Shown here piece after piece: positions 46,901 through 61,200 of a DNA stretch of 64,000 nt. A program made the position numbers and the translations under genes. This DNA comes from Eledone cirrhosa. Lineage: Eukaryota. Where the stretch lies: NCBI GenBank assembly GCA_964016885.1, contig OZ024741.1, forward strand, positions 28,458,001 through 28,522,000. The letters run 5' to 3'. Each line of letters opens with the position of its first letter. The first letter of the stretch is position 1. The notes beneath the pieces were generated by a model that was given only the letters and a program-made list of their open reading frames with translations, had not been told where the DNA came from and ran no database searches.

Positions 46901-49900
46901 ATAACTGGTATATATAGGGATATAACTACACATAGATACTGTCAGTGTTACTACAGTGTAAGTTATTGGTATAGAACTGGTATATATAGGGATATAACTA
47001 CATATAGATACTGTCAGTGATACTACAGTGTAGGCTATTGGTATATAACTGGTATATATTGGGATATAGCTACACATAGATACTGTCAGTGGTACTACAG
47101 TGTAGGTTATTAGTAGATAACTGGTATATATAGGGATATAACTACACATAGATACTGTCAGTGGTACTACAATGTAAGTTATTGGTAGATAACTGGTATA
47201 TATAGGGATATAACTACGTATAGATACTGTCAGTGGTACTACAGTGTAGGTTATTGGTATATAACTGGTATATATAGAGATATAACTACATATACAGATA
47301 GTGTCAGTCTTACTACAGTGTAGGTTATTGGTAGAGAACTGGTATATATAGGGATATAACTACATATATACTGTCAGTGGTACTACAGTGTAGGTTATTG
47401 GTTGATAGCTGGTATATATAGGTATATAACTACACATAGATACTGTCAGTGTTACTACAGTGTAGGTTATTGGTAGATAACTGGTATATATAGGGATATA
47501 ACTACACATAGATACTGTCAGTGATACTAGAGTGTAGGTTACTGGTATATAACTGGAATATATAGCGATATAACTACACATAGATACTGTCAGTGGTACT
47601 ACAGTGTAGGTTATTGGTATATAACTGGTATATATAGGGATATAACTACATATAGATACTGTCAGTGGTACTATAGTGTAGGTTATTGGTATATAACTGG
47701 TATATATAGGGATATAACTACACATAGATACTGTCAGTGGTACTACAGAGTAGGTTATTGGTAGATAACTGGTATATATAGGGATATAACTACGTATAGA
47801 TACTGTCAGTGGTACTACAGTGTAGGTTATTGGTAGAGAACTGGTATATATAGGGTTATAACTAAATAGAGATACTGCCAGTGGTACTACAGTGTAGGTT
47901 ATTGGTAGATAACTGGTATATATAGGGATATAACTACACATAGATAATGTCAGTGGTACAACAATGTAAGCTATTGGTAGATAACTGGTATATATAGGGA
48001 TATAACTACACATAGATACTGACAGTTGTACTACAGTGTAGGTTATTGGTATATAACTGGTATATATTGGGATATAACTACACATAGATACTGACAGTGG
48101 TACTACAGTGTAGGTTATTGGTAGATAACTGGTATATATAGGGATATAACTACATATACAGATACTGTCAGTCTTACTACAGTGTAGGTTATTGGTAGAT
48201 AACTGGTATATATAGGGATATAACTACATACAGATACTGTCAGTGGTACTACAGAGTAGGGTATTAGTATATAACTGGTATATATAGGGATATAACTACA
48301 CATAGATACTGACAGTTGTACTACAGTGTAAGTTATTGGTAGATAACTGGTATATATAGGGATATAACTACACATAGATACTAACAGTGGTACTACAGTG
48401 TAAGTTATTGGTATATAACTGGTATATATAGGGATATAACTACATATAGATACTGTCAGTGGTACTATAGTGTAGGTTATTGGTATATAACTGTTATATA
48501 TAGGGATATAACTACACATAGATACTGTCAGTGGTACTACAGTGTAGGTTATTGGTAGATAACTGGTATATATAGGGATATAACTACATATAGATATTGA
48601 CAGTGGTACTACAGTGTAGGTTATTGGTAGATTACTGGTATATATATATGGATATAACTACATATAGATACTGTCAGTGGTACAACAGTTTGGGTCATTG
48701 GTAGATAACTGGTATATATAGGGATATAACTACATATAGATACTGTTAGTGTTACTACAGTGTAGGTTATTGGTAGATAACTGGTATATATAGGGATATA
48801 ACTACATATAGATACTGACAGTTGTACTACAGTGTATGTTATTGGTAGATAACTGGTATATATAGGGATATAACTACATATAGATACTGTCAGTGGTACT
48901 ACAGTCTAGGTTATTGGTAGATAACTGGTATATATAGGGATATAACTACATAGAGATACTGTCAGTGGTACTAGAGTGTAGGTTATTGGTAGATAACTGG
49001 TATATATAGGGATATAACTACACATAGATACTGTCAGTGGTACTACAGTGTAGGTTATTGGTATATAACTGGAATATATAGGGATTTAACTACACATAGA
49101 TACTGTCAGTGGTACTACAGTGTAGGTTATTGGTATATAACTGGTATTTATAGGATTATAACTACATATAGATACTGTCAGTGGTACTATAGTGTAGGTT
49201 ATTGGTATATAACTGGTATATATAGGGATATAACTACACATAGATACTGTCAGTGGTACTACAGTGTAGGTTATTGGTAGATAACTGGTATATATAGGGA
49301 TATAACTACATATAGATACTGACAGTAGTACTACAGTGTAGGTTATTGGTAGATAACTGGTATATATCTGTATATAACTACATATAGATACTGTCAGTGG
49401 TACTACAGTGTAGGTTATTGGTAGATAACTGGTATATATAGGGATATAACTACACATGGATACTAACAGTGGTACTACAGTGTAGGCTATTGGTATATAA
49501 CTGGTATATATAGGGATATAACTACATATAGATACTGTCAGTGGTACTATAGTGTAGGTTATTGGTATATAACTGGTATATATAGGGATATAACTACACA
49601 TAGATACTGTCAGTGGTACTACAGTGTAGGTTATTGGTAGATAACTGGTATATATAGGGATATAACTACATATAGATATTGACAGTGGTACTACAGTGTA
49701 GGTTATTGGTAGATTACTGGTATATATATATGGATATAACTACATATAGATACTGTCAGTGGTACTACAGTCTAAGTCATTGGTAGATAACTGGTATATA
49801 TAGGGATATAACTACATATAGATACTGTCAGTGGTACTACAGTGTAGGTTATTGGTAGATAACTGGTATATATAGGGATATAACTACATATAGATACTGA

Positions 49901-52900
49901 CAGTTGTACTACAGTGTATGTTATTGGTAGATAACTGGTATATATAGGGATATAACTACATATAGATACTGTCAGTGGTACTACAGTCTAGGTTATTAGT
50001 AGATAACTGGTATATATAGGGATATAACTACATAGAGATACTGTCAGTGGTACTAGAGTGTAGGTGATTGGTAGATAACTGGTATATATAGGGATATAAC
50101 TACACATAGATACTGTCAGTGGTACTACAGTGTAGGTTATTGGTATATAACTGGAATATATAGGGATTTAACTACACATAGATATTGTCAGTGGTACTAC
50201 AGTGTAGGTTATTGGTATATAACTGGTATTTATAGGATTATAACTACATATAGATACTGTCAGTGGTACTATAGTGTAGGTTATTGGTATATAACTGGTA
50301 TATATAGGGATATAACTACATATACAGATAATGTCAGTCTTACTACAGAGTAGGTTATTGGTAGATAACTGGTATATATAGGGATATAACTACACATAGA
50401 TACTGTCAGTGTTACTACAGTGTAACTTATTGGTATAGAACTGGTATATATAGGGATATAACTACATATAGATACTGTCAGTGGTACTACAGTGTAGGTT
50501 ATTGGTAGATAACTGGTATATATAGGGATATAACTACACATAGATACTGTCAGTGGTACTACAATGTAAGTTATTGGTAGATAACTGGTATATATAGGGA
50601 TATAACTACGTATAGATACTGTCAGCGGTACTACAGTGTAGGTTATTGGTATATAACTGGTATATATAGAGATATAACTACATATACAGATACTGCCAGT
50701 CTTACTACAGTGTAGGTTATTGGTAGATAACTGGTATATATAGGGATATAACTAAATATAGATACTGTCAGTGGTACTACCGTGTAGGTTATTGGTAGAT
50801 AACTGGTATATATAGGGATATAACTACACATAGATACCGTCAGTCTTACTAGAGTGTAGGTTATTGTTAGATCACTGGTATATATAGGGATATAACTACA
50901 CATAGATACTGTCAGTGGTACTACAGTGTAGGTTATTGGTAGATAACTGGTATATATTGGGATATAACTATACATAGATACTGACAGTGGTACTACAGTG
51001 TAGGTTATTGGTATATAACTGGTATATATAGGGATATAACTACATATAGATATTGTCAGTGGTACTACAGTCTAGGTTATTGGTAGATAACTGGTATATA
51101 TAGGGATATAACTACATACAGATACTGTCAGTGGTACTACAGAGTAGGGTATTAGTATATAACTGGTATATATAGGGATATAACTACACATAGATACTGA
51201 CAGTTGTACTACAGTGTAGGTTATTGGTATATTACTGGTATATATTGGGATATAACTACACATAGATACTGACAGTGGTACTACAGTGTAGGTTATTGGT
51301 AGATAACTGGTATATATAGGGATATAACTACATATAGATACTGACAGTGGTACTACAGTGTAGGCTATTGGTATATAACTGGTATATATAGGGTTATAAC
51401 TACATATAGATACTGTTGGTGGTACTACGGTGTAGGTTATTGGTATATAACTGGTATATATAGGGATATAACTACATATACAGATACTGTCAGTCTTACT
51501 ACAGTGTAGGATATTGGTAGATTACTGGTATATATATATGGATATAACTACATATAGATACTGTCAGTGGTACAACAGTTTGGGTCATTGGTAGATAACT
51601 GGTATATATAGGGATATAACTACATATAGATACTGTTAGTGTTACTACAGTGTAGGTTATTGGTAGATAACTGGTATATATAGGGATATAACTACATATA
51701 GATACTGACAGTTGTACTACAGTGTATGTTATTGGTAGATAACTGGTATATATAGGGATATAACTACATATAGATACTGTCAGTGGTACTACAGTCTAGG
51801 TTATTGGTAGATAACTGGTATATATAGGGATATAACTACATAGAGATACTGTCAGTGGTACTAGAGTGTAGGTTATTGGTAGATAACTGGTATATATAGG
51901 GATATAACTACACATAGATACTGTCAGTGGTACTACAGTGTAGGTTATTGGTATATAACTGGAATATATAGGGATTTAACTACACATAGATACTGTCAGT
52001 GGTACTACAGTGTAGGTTATTGGTATATAACTGGTATTTATAGGATTATAACTACATATAGATACTGTCAGTGGTACTATAGTGTAGGTTATTGGTATAT
52101 AACTGGTATATATAGGGATATAACTACACATAGATACTGTCAGTGGTACTACAGTGTAGGTTATTGGTAGATAACTGGTATATATAGGGATATAACTACA
52201 TATAGATACTGACAGTAGTACTACAGTGTAGGTTATTGGTAGATAACTGGTATATATCTGTATATAACTACATATAGATACTGTCAGTGGTACTACAGTG
52301 TAGGTTATTGGTAGATAACTGGTATATATAGGGATATAACTACATATAGATACTGTCAGTGTTACTACAGTGTAGGTTATTGGTATATAACTGGTATATA
52401 TAGGGATATAACTACATATACAGATAATGTCAGTCTTACTACAGTGTAGGTTATTGTTAGATAACTGGTATATATAGGGATATAACTACATATAGATACT
52501 GTCAGTGATACTACAGAGTAGGCTATTGGTATATAACTTGTATATATTGGGATATAGCTACACATAGATACTGTCAGTGGTACTACAGTGTAGGTTATTG
52601 GTAGATAACTGGTATATATAGGGATATAACTACACATAGATACTGTCAGTGGTACTACAATGTAAGTTATTGGTAGATAACTGGTATATATAGGGATATA
52701 ACTACGTATAGATACTGTCAATTGTACTACAGTGTAGGTTATTGGTATATAACTGGTATATATAGAGATATAACTACATATACAGATACTGTCAGTCTTA
52801 CTACAGTGTAGGTTATTGGTAGATAACTGGTATATATAGGGATATAACTACATATACAGATACTGTCAGTCTTACTACAGTGTAGGTTATTTGTAGAGAA

Positions 52901-54770
52901 CTGGTATATATAGGGATATAACTACATATATACTGTCAGTGGTACTACAGTGTAGGTTATTGGTTGATAGCTGGTATATATAGGTATATAACTACACATA
53001 GATACTGTCAGTGGTACTACAGTGTAGGTTATTGGTAGATAACTGGTATATATAGGGATATAACTACACATAGATACTGTCAGTGTTACTAGAGTGTAGG
53101 TTATTGGTATATAACTGGAATATATAGCGATATAACTACACATAGATACTGTCAGTGGTACTACAGTGTAGGTTATTGGTATATAACTGGAATATATAGG
53201 GATATAACTACACATAGATACTGTCAGTGGTACTACAGTGTAGATTATTGGTATATAACTGGTATATATAGGATTATAACTACATATAGATACTGTCAGT
53301 GGTACTATAGTGTAGGTTATTGGTATATAACTGGTATATATAGGGATATAACTACACATAGATACTGTCAGTGGTACTACAGTGTAGGTTATTGGTAGAT
53401 AATTGGTATATATAGGGATATAACTAAATATAGATACTGACAGTGGTACTACAGTGTAGGTTATTGGTAGATAACTGGTATATATCTGGATATAACTACA
53501 AATAGATACTGTCAGTGGTACTACAGTGTAGGTTATTGGTAGATAACTGGTATATATAGGGATATAACTACATATAGAAACTGTCAGTGTTACTACAGTG
53601 TAGGTTATTGGTATATAACTGGTATATATAGGGATATAACTACATATACAGATAATGTCAGTCTTACTACAGTGTAGGTTATTGGTAGATAACTGGTATA
53701 TATAGGGATATAACTACACATAGATACTGTCAGTGTTACTACAGTGTAAGTTATTGGTATAGAACTGGTATATATAGGGATATAACTACATATAGATACT
53801 GTCAGTGATACTACAGTGTAGGCTATTGGTATATAACTGGTATATATTGGGATATAGCTACACATAGATACTGTCAGTGGTACTACAGTGTAGGTTATTG
53901 GTAGATAACTGGTATATATAGGGATATAACTACACATAGATACTGTCAGTGGTACTACAATGTAAGTTATTGGTAGATAACTGGTATATATAGGGATATA
54001 ACTACGTATAGATACTGTCAGTGGTACTACAGTGTAGGTTATTGGTATATAACTGGTATATATAGAGATATAACTACATATACAGATAGTGTCAGTCTTA
54101 CTACAGTGTAGGTTATTGGTAGAGAACTGGTATATATAGGGATATAACTACATATATACTGTCAGTGGTACTACAGTGTAGGTTATTGGTTGATAGCTGG
54201 TATATATAGGTATATAACTACACATAGATACTGTCAGTGGTACTACAGTGTAGGTTATTGGTAGATAACTGGTATATATAGGGATATAACTACACATAGA
54301 TACTGTCAGTGATACTAGAGTGTAGGTTACTGGTATATAACTGGAATATATAGCGATATAACTACACATAGATACTGTCAGTGGTACTACAGTGTAGGTT
54401 ATTGGTATATAACTGGTATATATAGGGATATAACTACATATAGATACTGTCAGTGGTACTATAGTGTAGGTTATTGGTATATAACTGGTATATATAGGGA
54501 TATAACTACACATAGATACTGTCAGTGGTACTACAGAGTAGGTTATTGGTAGATAACTGGTATATATAGGGATATAACTACGTATAGATACTGTCAGTGG
54601 TACTACAGTGTAGGTTATTGGTAGAGAACTGGTATATATAGGGTTATAACTATATAGAGATACTGCCAGTGGTACTACAGTGTAGGTTATTGGTAGATAA
54701 CTGGTATATATAGGGATATAACTACACATAGATAATGTCAGTGGTACAACAATGTAAGCTATTGGTATAT
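25990..54770. repeat. About 94-96-monomer higher-order repeat (period 6931 or 6788 bp), several copies
   Basis: ORF pairs 26671/33602, 27216/34147, 27899/34830, 28442/35373, 29197/36128, 30168/37099 and 31363/38294 all give 6931. Pairs 32297/39085, 33602/40390, 45589/52377 and 47360/54148 all give 6788. Confidence 0.93.
28510..52640. repeat. About 12-kb tandem duplication (28.5-40.65 kb repeated as 40.65-52.6 kb)
   Basis: Offsets are 12131 (CAGTGATACTAGAG at 28601 and 40732), 12059 (ORFs 29197/41256, 30168/42227, 31363/43422) and 11987 (ORFs 32297/44284 through 40390/52377). Shared private variants include a 1-bp deletion at about 32068 and 44055 and GGTGGATAAC at about 33031 and 45018. Confidence 0.92.
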
Positions 54771-57700
54771 AACTGGTATATATAGGGATATAACTACATA
54801 TAGATACTGTTAGTGGTACTACAGTGTAAGTTATTGCTAGATAACTGGTATATATGGGGATATAACTATATATAGATACTGTCAGTGGTACTACAGTGTA
54901 GGTTATTGGTAGATAACTGGTATATATAGGGACATAACTACATATAGATACTGTCAATGGTACTACAGTGTAGATTATTGGTAGATAACTGGTATATATA
55001 GGGATATAACTACATATAGATACTGTCAGTGTTACTACAGTGTAGGTTATTGGTAGATAACTGGTATATATAGGGATATAACTACATATAGATACGGTCA
55101 GTGGTACTACAGTGTAGGTTATTGGTAGATAACTGGTATATATAGGGATATAACTACGTATAGATACTGTCAGTGGTACTACAGTCTAGGTTAATGGTAG
55201 ATAACTGGTATATATAGGGATATAACTACATAGAGATACTGTCAGTGGTACTACAGTGAAGGTTATTGGTAGATAACTGGTATATATAGGGATATATCTA
55301 TATATAGATACTGTCAGTGGTACTACAGTGTAGGTTATTGGTATATAACTGGAATATATAGGGATATAACTACATATACAGATACTGTCACTTTTACTAC
55401 AGTGTAGGTTATTGGTAGATAACTGGTATATATAGGGATATAACTACACATAGATACTGTCAGTGGTACTACAGTGTAAGTTATTGGTAGATAACTGGTA
55501 TATATAGGGATATAACTACACATAGATATTGTCAGGGTTACTACAGTGTATGTGATTGGTATAGAACTGGTATATATAGGGATATAACTACATATAGATA
55601 CTGTCAGTGGTACTACAGTGTAGGTTATTGGTATATAACTGGTATATATAGGGATATAACTACATATAGATACTGTCAGTGGTACTACAGTGTAGGCTAT
55701 TGGTATATAACTGGTATATATAGGGATATAACTACATATAGATATTGTAAGTGGTACTACAGTGTAGGTTATTGGTAGATAACTGGTATATATAGGGATA
55801 TAACTACATATAGATACTATCAGTGTTAGTACAGTAAAGAATATTGGTAGAGAACTGGTATATATAGGGATAGAACTACATATAGATACTGTCAGTGGTA
55901 CTACAGTGTAGGTTATTGGTATATAACTGGTATATATAAGGATATAACTACATATAGATACTGTCAGTGGTACTACAGTGTAGGTTATTGGTATATAACT
56001 GGTATATATAGGGATATAACTACGTAAAGATACTGTCAGTGGTACTGCAGTGTAGGTTATTGGTAGATAACTGGTATATATAGGGATATAACTACATATA
56101 GATACTGTCAGTGGTACTACAGTGTAGATTATTGGTAGATAACTGTTATATGTAGTGATATAACTACATATAGATACTGTCAGTGGTACTACAGTGTAGG
56201 TTATTGGTAGATAACTGGTATATATAGGGATATAACTACATATAGATACTGTCAGTGGTACTACAGTGTAGGTTATTGGTATATTACTGGAATATATAGG
56301 GATATAACTACACATAGATACTCTCAGTGGTACTACAGTGTAGGTTATTGGTATATAACTGGTATATATAGGGATATAGCTACATATAGATACTGTCAGT
56401 GGTACTACATTGTAGGTTATTGGTATATAACTGGAATATATAGCGATATAACTACACATAGATACTGTCAGTGGTACTACAGTGTAGGTTATTGGTATAT
56501 AACTGGTATATATAGGGATACAACTACATATAGATACTGTCAGTGGTACCATAGTGTAGGTTATTGGTATATAACTGGTATATATAGGGATATAACTACA
56601 CATAGATACTGTCAGTGGTACTACAGAGTAGGTTATTGGTAGATAACTGGTATATATAGGGATATAACTACGTATAGATACTGTCAGTGGTACTACAGTG
56701 TAGGTTATTGGTAGAGAACTGGTATATATAGGGATATAACTACATATAGATACTGTCAGTGGTACTACAGTGTAAGTTATTGCTAGATAACTGGTATATA
56801 TGAGGATATAACTACATATAGATACTGTCAGTGGTACTACGGTGTAGGTTATTGGTAGCTAACTGGTATATATAGGGACATAACTACATATAGATACTGT
56901 CAATTGTACTACAGTGTAGATTATTGGTAGATAACTGGTATATATAGGGATATAACTACATATAGATACTGTCAGTGTTACTACAGTGTAGGTTATTGGT
57001 AGATAACTGGTATATATAGTGATATAACTACATATAGATACTGTCAGTGGTACTACAGTGTAGGTTATTGGTAGATAACTGGTATATATAGGGATATAAA
57101 TACATATAGATACTGTCAGTGGTACTACAGTCTATGTTAATGGTAGATAACTGGTATATATAGGGGTATAACTACATAGAGATACTGACAGTGGTACTAC
57201 AGTGTAGGTTATTGGTAGATAACTGGTATATATAGGGATATAACTACACATAGATACTGTCAGTGGTACTACAGTGTAGGTTATTGGTATATAACTGGTA
57301 CATACAGGAATATAACTACATATAGATACTGTCAGTGGTACTATAGTGTAGGTTATTGGTATATAACTGGTATATATAGGGATATAACTACACATACATA
57401 CTGTCAGTGGTACTACAGTGTAGGTTATTGGTAGATAACTGGTATATATAGGGATATAACTACATATAGATACTGACAGTGGTACTACAGTGTAGGTTAT
57501 TGGTAGATAACTGGTATATATAGGGATATGACTACATATAGATACTGTCAGTGGTACTACAGTGTAGGTTATTGGTATATAACTGGAATATATAGGGATA
57601 TAACTACATATACAGATACCGTCAGTTTTACTACAGTGTAGGTTATTGGTAGATAACTGGTATATATAGGGATATAACTACACATAGATACTGTCAGTGG

Positions 57701-58250
57701 TACTACAGTGTAAGTTATTGGTAGATAACTGGTATATGTAGGGATATAACTACACATAGATACTGTCAGTGTTACTACAGTGTAGGTTATTGGTATAGAA
57801 CTGGTATATATAGGGATATAACTACATATAGATACGGTCAGTGGTACTACAGTGTAGGTTATTGGTATATAACTGGTATATATAGGGATATAACTACATA
57901 TAGATACTGTCAGTGGTACTACAGTGTAGGTTATTGGTAGATAACTGGTATATATAGGGATATAACTACATATAGATACTATCAGTGTTAGTACAGTAAA
58001 GATTATTGGTAGAGAATTGGTATATATAGGGATAGAACTACATATAGATACTGTCAGTGGTACTACAGTGTAGGTTATTGGTATATAACTGGTATATATA
58101 GGGATATAACTACATATAGATACTGTCAGTGGTACTACAGTGTAGGTTATTGGTATATAACTGGTATATATAGGGATATAACTACATATAGATACTGTCA
58201 GTGTTACTACAGTGTAGGTTATTGGTATATAACTGGTATATATAGGGATA
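54770..58250. repeat. More diverged block of the same satellite, with an older internal duplication (offset about 2162 bp)
   Basis: Many variants here are absent upstream (TTGCTAG, GGACATAAC, TTAATGG, CACTTTTAC, TATGTAGTGAT). The degenerate monomer ATCAGTGTTAGTACAGTAAAGA.TATTGGTAGAGAA is at about 55820 and 57982. Confidence 0.85.
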
Positions 58251-61200
58251 TAACTACATATAGATACTGTCAGTGGTACTACAGTGTAGGTTATTGGTAG
58301 ATAACTGGTATATATAGGGATATAACTACATATAGATACTGACAGTTGTACTACAGTGTATGTTATTGGTAGATAACTGGTATATATAGGGATATAACTA
58401 CATATAGATACTGTCAGTGGTACTACAGTCTAGGTTATTGGTAGATAACTGGTATATATAGGGATATAACTACATAGAGATACTGTCAGTGGTACTAGAG
58501 TGTAGGTTATTGGTAGATAACTGGTATATATAGGGATATAACTACACATAGATACTGTCAGTGGTACTACAGTGTAGGTTATTGGTATATAACTGGAATA
58601 TATAGGGATTTAACTACACATAGATACTGTCAGTGGTACTACAGTGTAGGTTATTGGTATATAACTGGTATTTATAGGATTATAACTACATATAGATACT
58701 GTCAGTGGTACTATAGTGTAGGTTATTGGTATATAACTGGTATATATAGGGATATAACTACACATAGATACTGTCAGTGGTACTACAGTGTAGGTTATTG
58801 GTAGATAACTGGTATATATAGGGATATAACTACATATAGATACTGACAGTAGTACTACAGTGTAGGTTATTGGTAGATAACTGGTATATATCTGTATATA
58901 ACTACATATAGATACTGTCAGTGGTACTACAGTGTAGGTTATTGGTAGATAACTGGTATATATAGGGATATAACTACATATAGATACTGTCAGTGTTACT
59001 ACAGTGTAGGTTATTGGTATATAACTGCTATATATAGGGATATAACTACATATACAGATAATGTCAGTCTTACTACAGTGTAGGTTATTGTTAGATAACT
59101 GGTATATATAGGGATATAACTACATATAGATACTGTCAGTGATACTACAGAGTAGGCTATTGGTATATAACTTGTATATATTGGGATATAGCTACACATA
59201 GATACTGTCAGTGGTACTACAGTGTAGGTTATTGGTAGATAACTGGTATATATAGGGATATAACTACACATAGATACTGTCAGTGGTACTACAATGTAAG
59301 TTATTGGTAGATAACTGGTATATATAGGGATATAACTACGTATAGATACTGTCAATTGTACTACAGTGTAGGTTATTGGTATATAACTGGTATATATAGA
59401 GATATAACTACATATACAGATACTGTCAGTCTTACTACAGTGTAGGTTATTGGTAGATAACTGGTATATATAGGGATATAACTACATATACAGATACTGT
59501 CAGTCTTACTACAGTGTAGGTTATTTGTAGAGAACTGGTATATATAGGGATATAACTACATATATACTGTCAGTGGTACTACAGTGTAGGTTATTGGTTG
59601 ATAGCTGGTATATATAGGTATATAACTACACATAGATACTGTCAGTGGTACTACAGTGTAGGTTATTGGTAGATAACTGGTATATATAGGGATATAACTA
59701 CACATAGATACTGTCAGTGTTACTAGAGTGTAGGTTATTGGTATATAACTGGAATATATAGCGATATAACTACACATAGATACTGTCAGTGGTACTACAG
59801 TGTAGGTTATTGGTATATAACTGGAATATATAGGGATATAACTACACATAGATACTGTCAGTGGTACTACAGTGTAGATTATTGGTATATAACTGGTATA
59901 TATAGGATTATAACTACATATAGATACTGTCAGTGGTACTATAGTGTAGGTTATTGGTATATAACTGGTATATATAGGGATATAACTACACATAGATACT
60001 GTCAGTGGTACTACAGTGTAGGTTATTGGTAGATAATTGGTATATATAGGGATATAACTAAATATAGATACTGACAGTGGTACTACAGTGTAGGTTATTG
60101 GTAGATAACTGGTATATAGCTGGATATAACTACAAATAGATACTGTCAGTGGTACTACAGTGTAGGTTATTGGTAGATAACTGGTATATATAGGGATATA
60201 ACTACATATAGAAACTGTCAGTGTTACTACAGTGTAGGTTATTGGTATATAACTGGTATATATAGGGATATAACTACATATACAGATAATGTCAGTCTTA
60301 CTACAGTGTAGGTTATTGGTAGATAACTGGTATATATAGGGATATAACTACACATAGATACTGTCAGTGTTACTACAGTGTAAGTTATTGGTATAGAACT
60401 GGTATATATAGGGATATAACTACATATAGATACTGTCAGTGATACTACAGTGTAGGCTATTGGTATATAACTGGTATATATTGGGATATAGCTACACATA
60501 GATACTGTCAGTGGTACTACAGTGTAGGTTATTGGTAGATAACTGGTATATATAGGGATATAACTACACATAGATACTGTCAGTGTTACTACAGTGTAAG
60601 TTATTGGTATAGAACTGGTATATATAGGGATATAACTACATATAGATACTGTCAGTGATACTACAGTGTAGGCTATTGGTATATAACTGGTATATATTGG
60701 GATATAGCTACACATAGATACTGTCAGTGGTACTACAGTGTAGGTTATTGGTATATTACTGGAATATATAGGGATATAACTACACATAGATACTCTCAGT
60801 GGTACTACAGTGTAGGTTATTGGTATATAACTGGTATATATAGGGATATAGCTACATATAGATACTGTCAGTGGTACTACATTGTAGGTTATTGGTATAT
60901 AACTGGAATATATAGCGATATAACTACACATAGATACTGTCAGTGGTACTACAGTGTAGGTTATTGGTATATAACTGGTATATATAGGGATACAACTACA
61001 TATAGATACTGTCAGTGGTACCATAGTGTAGGTTATTGGTATATAACTGGTATATATAGGGATATAACTACACATAGATACTGTCAGTGGTACTACAGAG
61101 TAGGTTATTGGTAGATAACTGGTATATATAGGGATATAACTACGTATAGATACTGTCAGTGGTACTACAGTGTAGGTTATTGGTAGAGAACTGGTATATA

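Noticed and set aside
55810-55880. Possible foreign insertion at the AGTAAAGAATATT segment
   Set aside because: It aligns without gaps to the monomer in normal register, so it is a diverged monomer.
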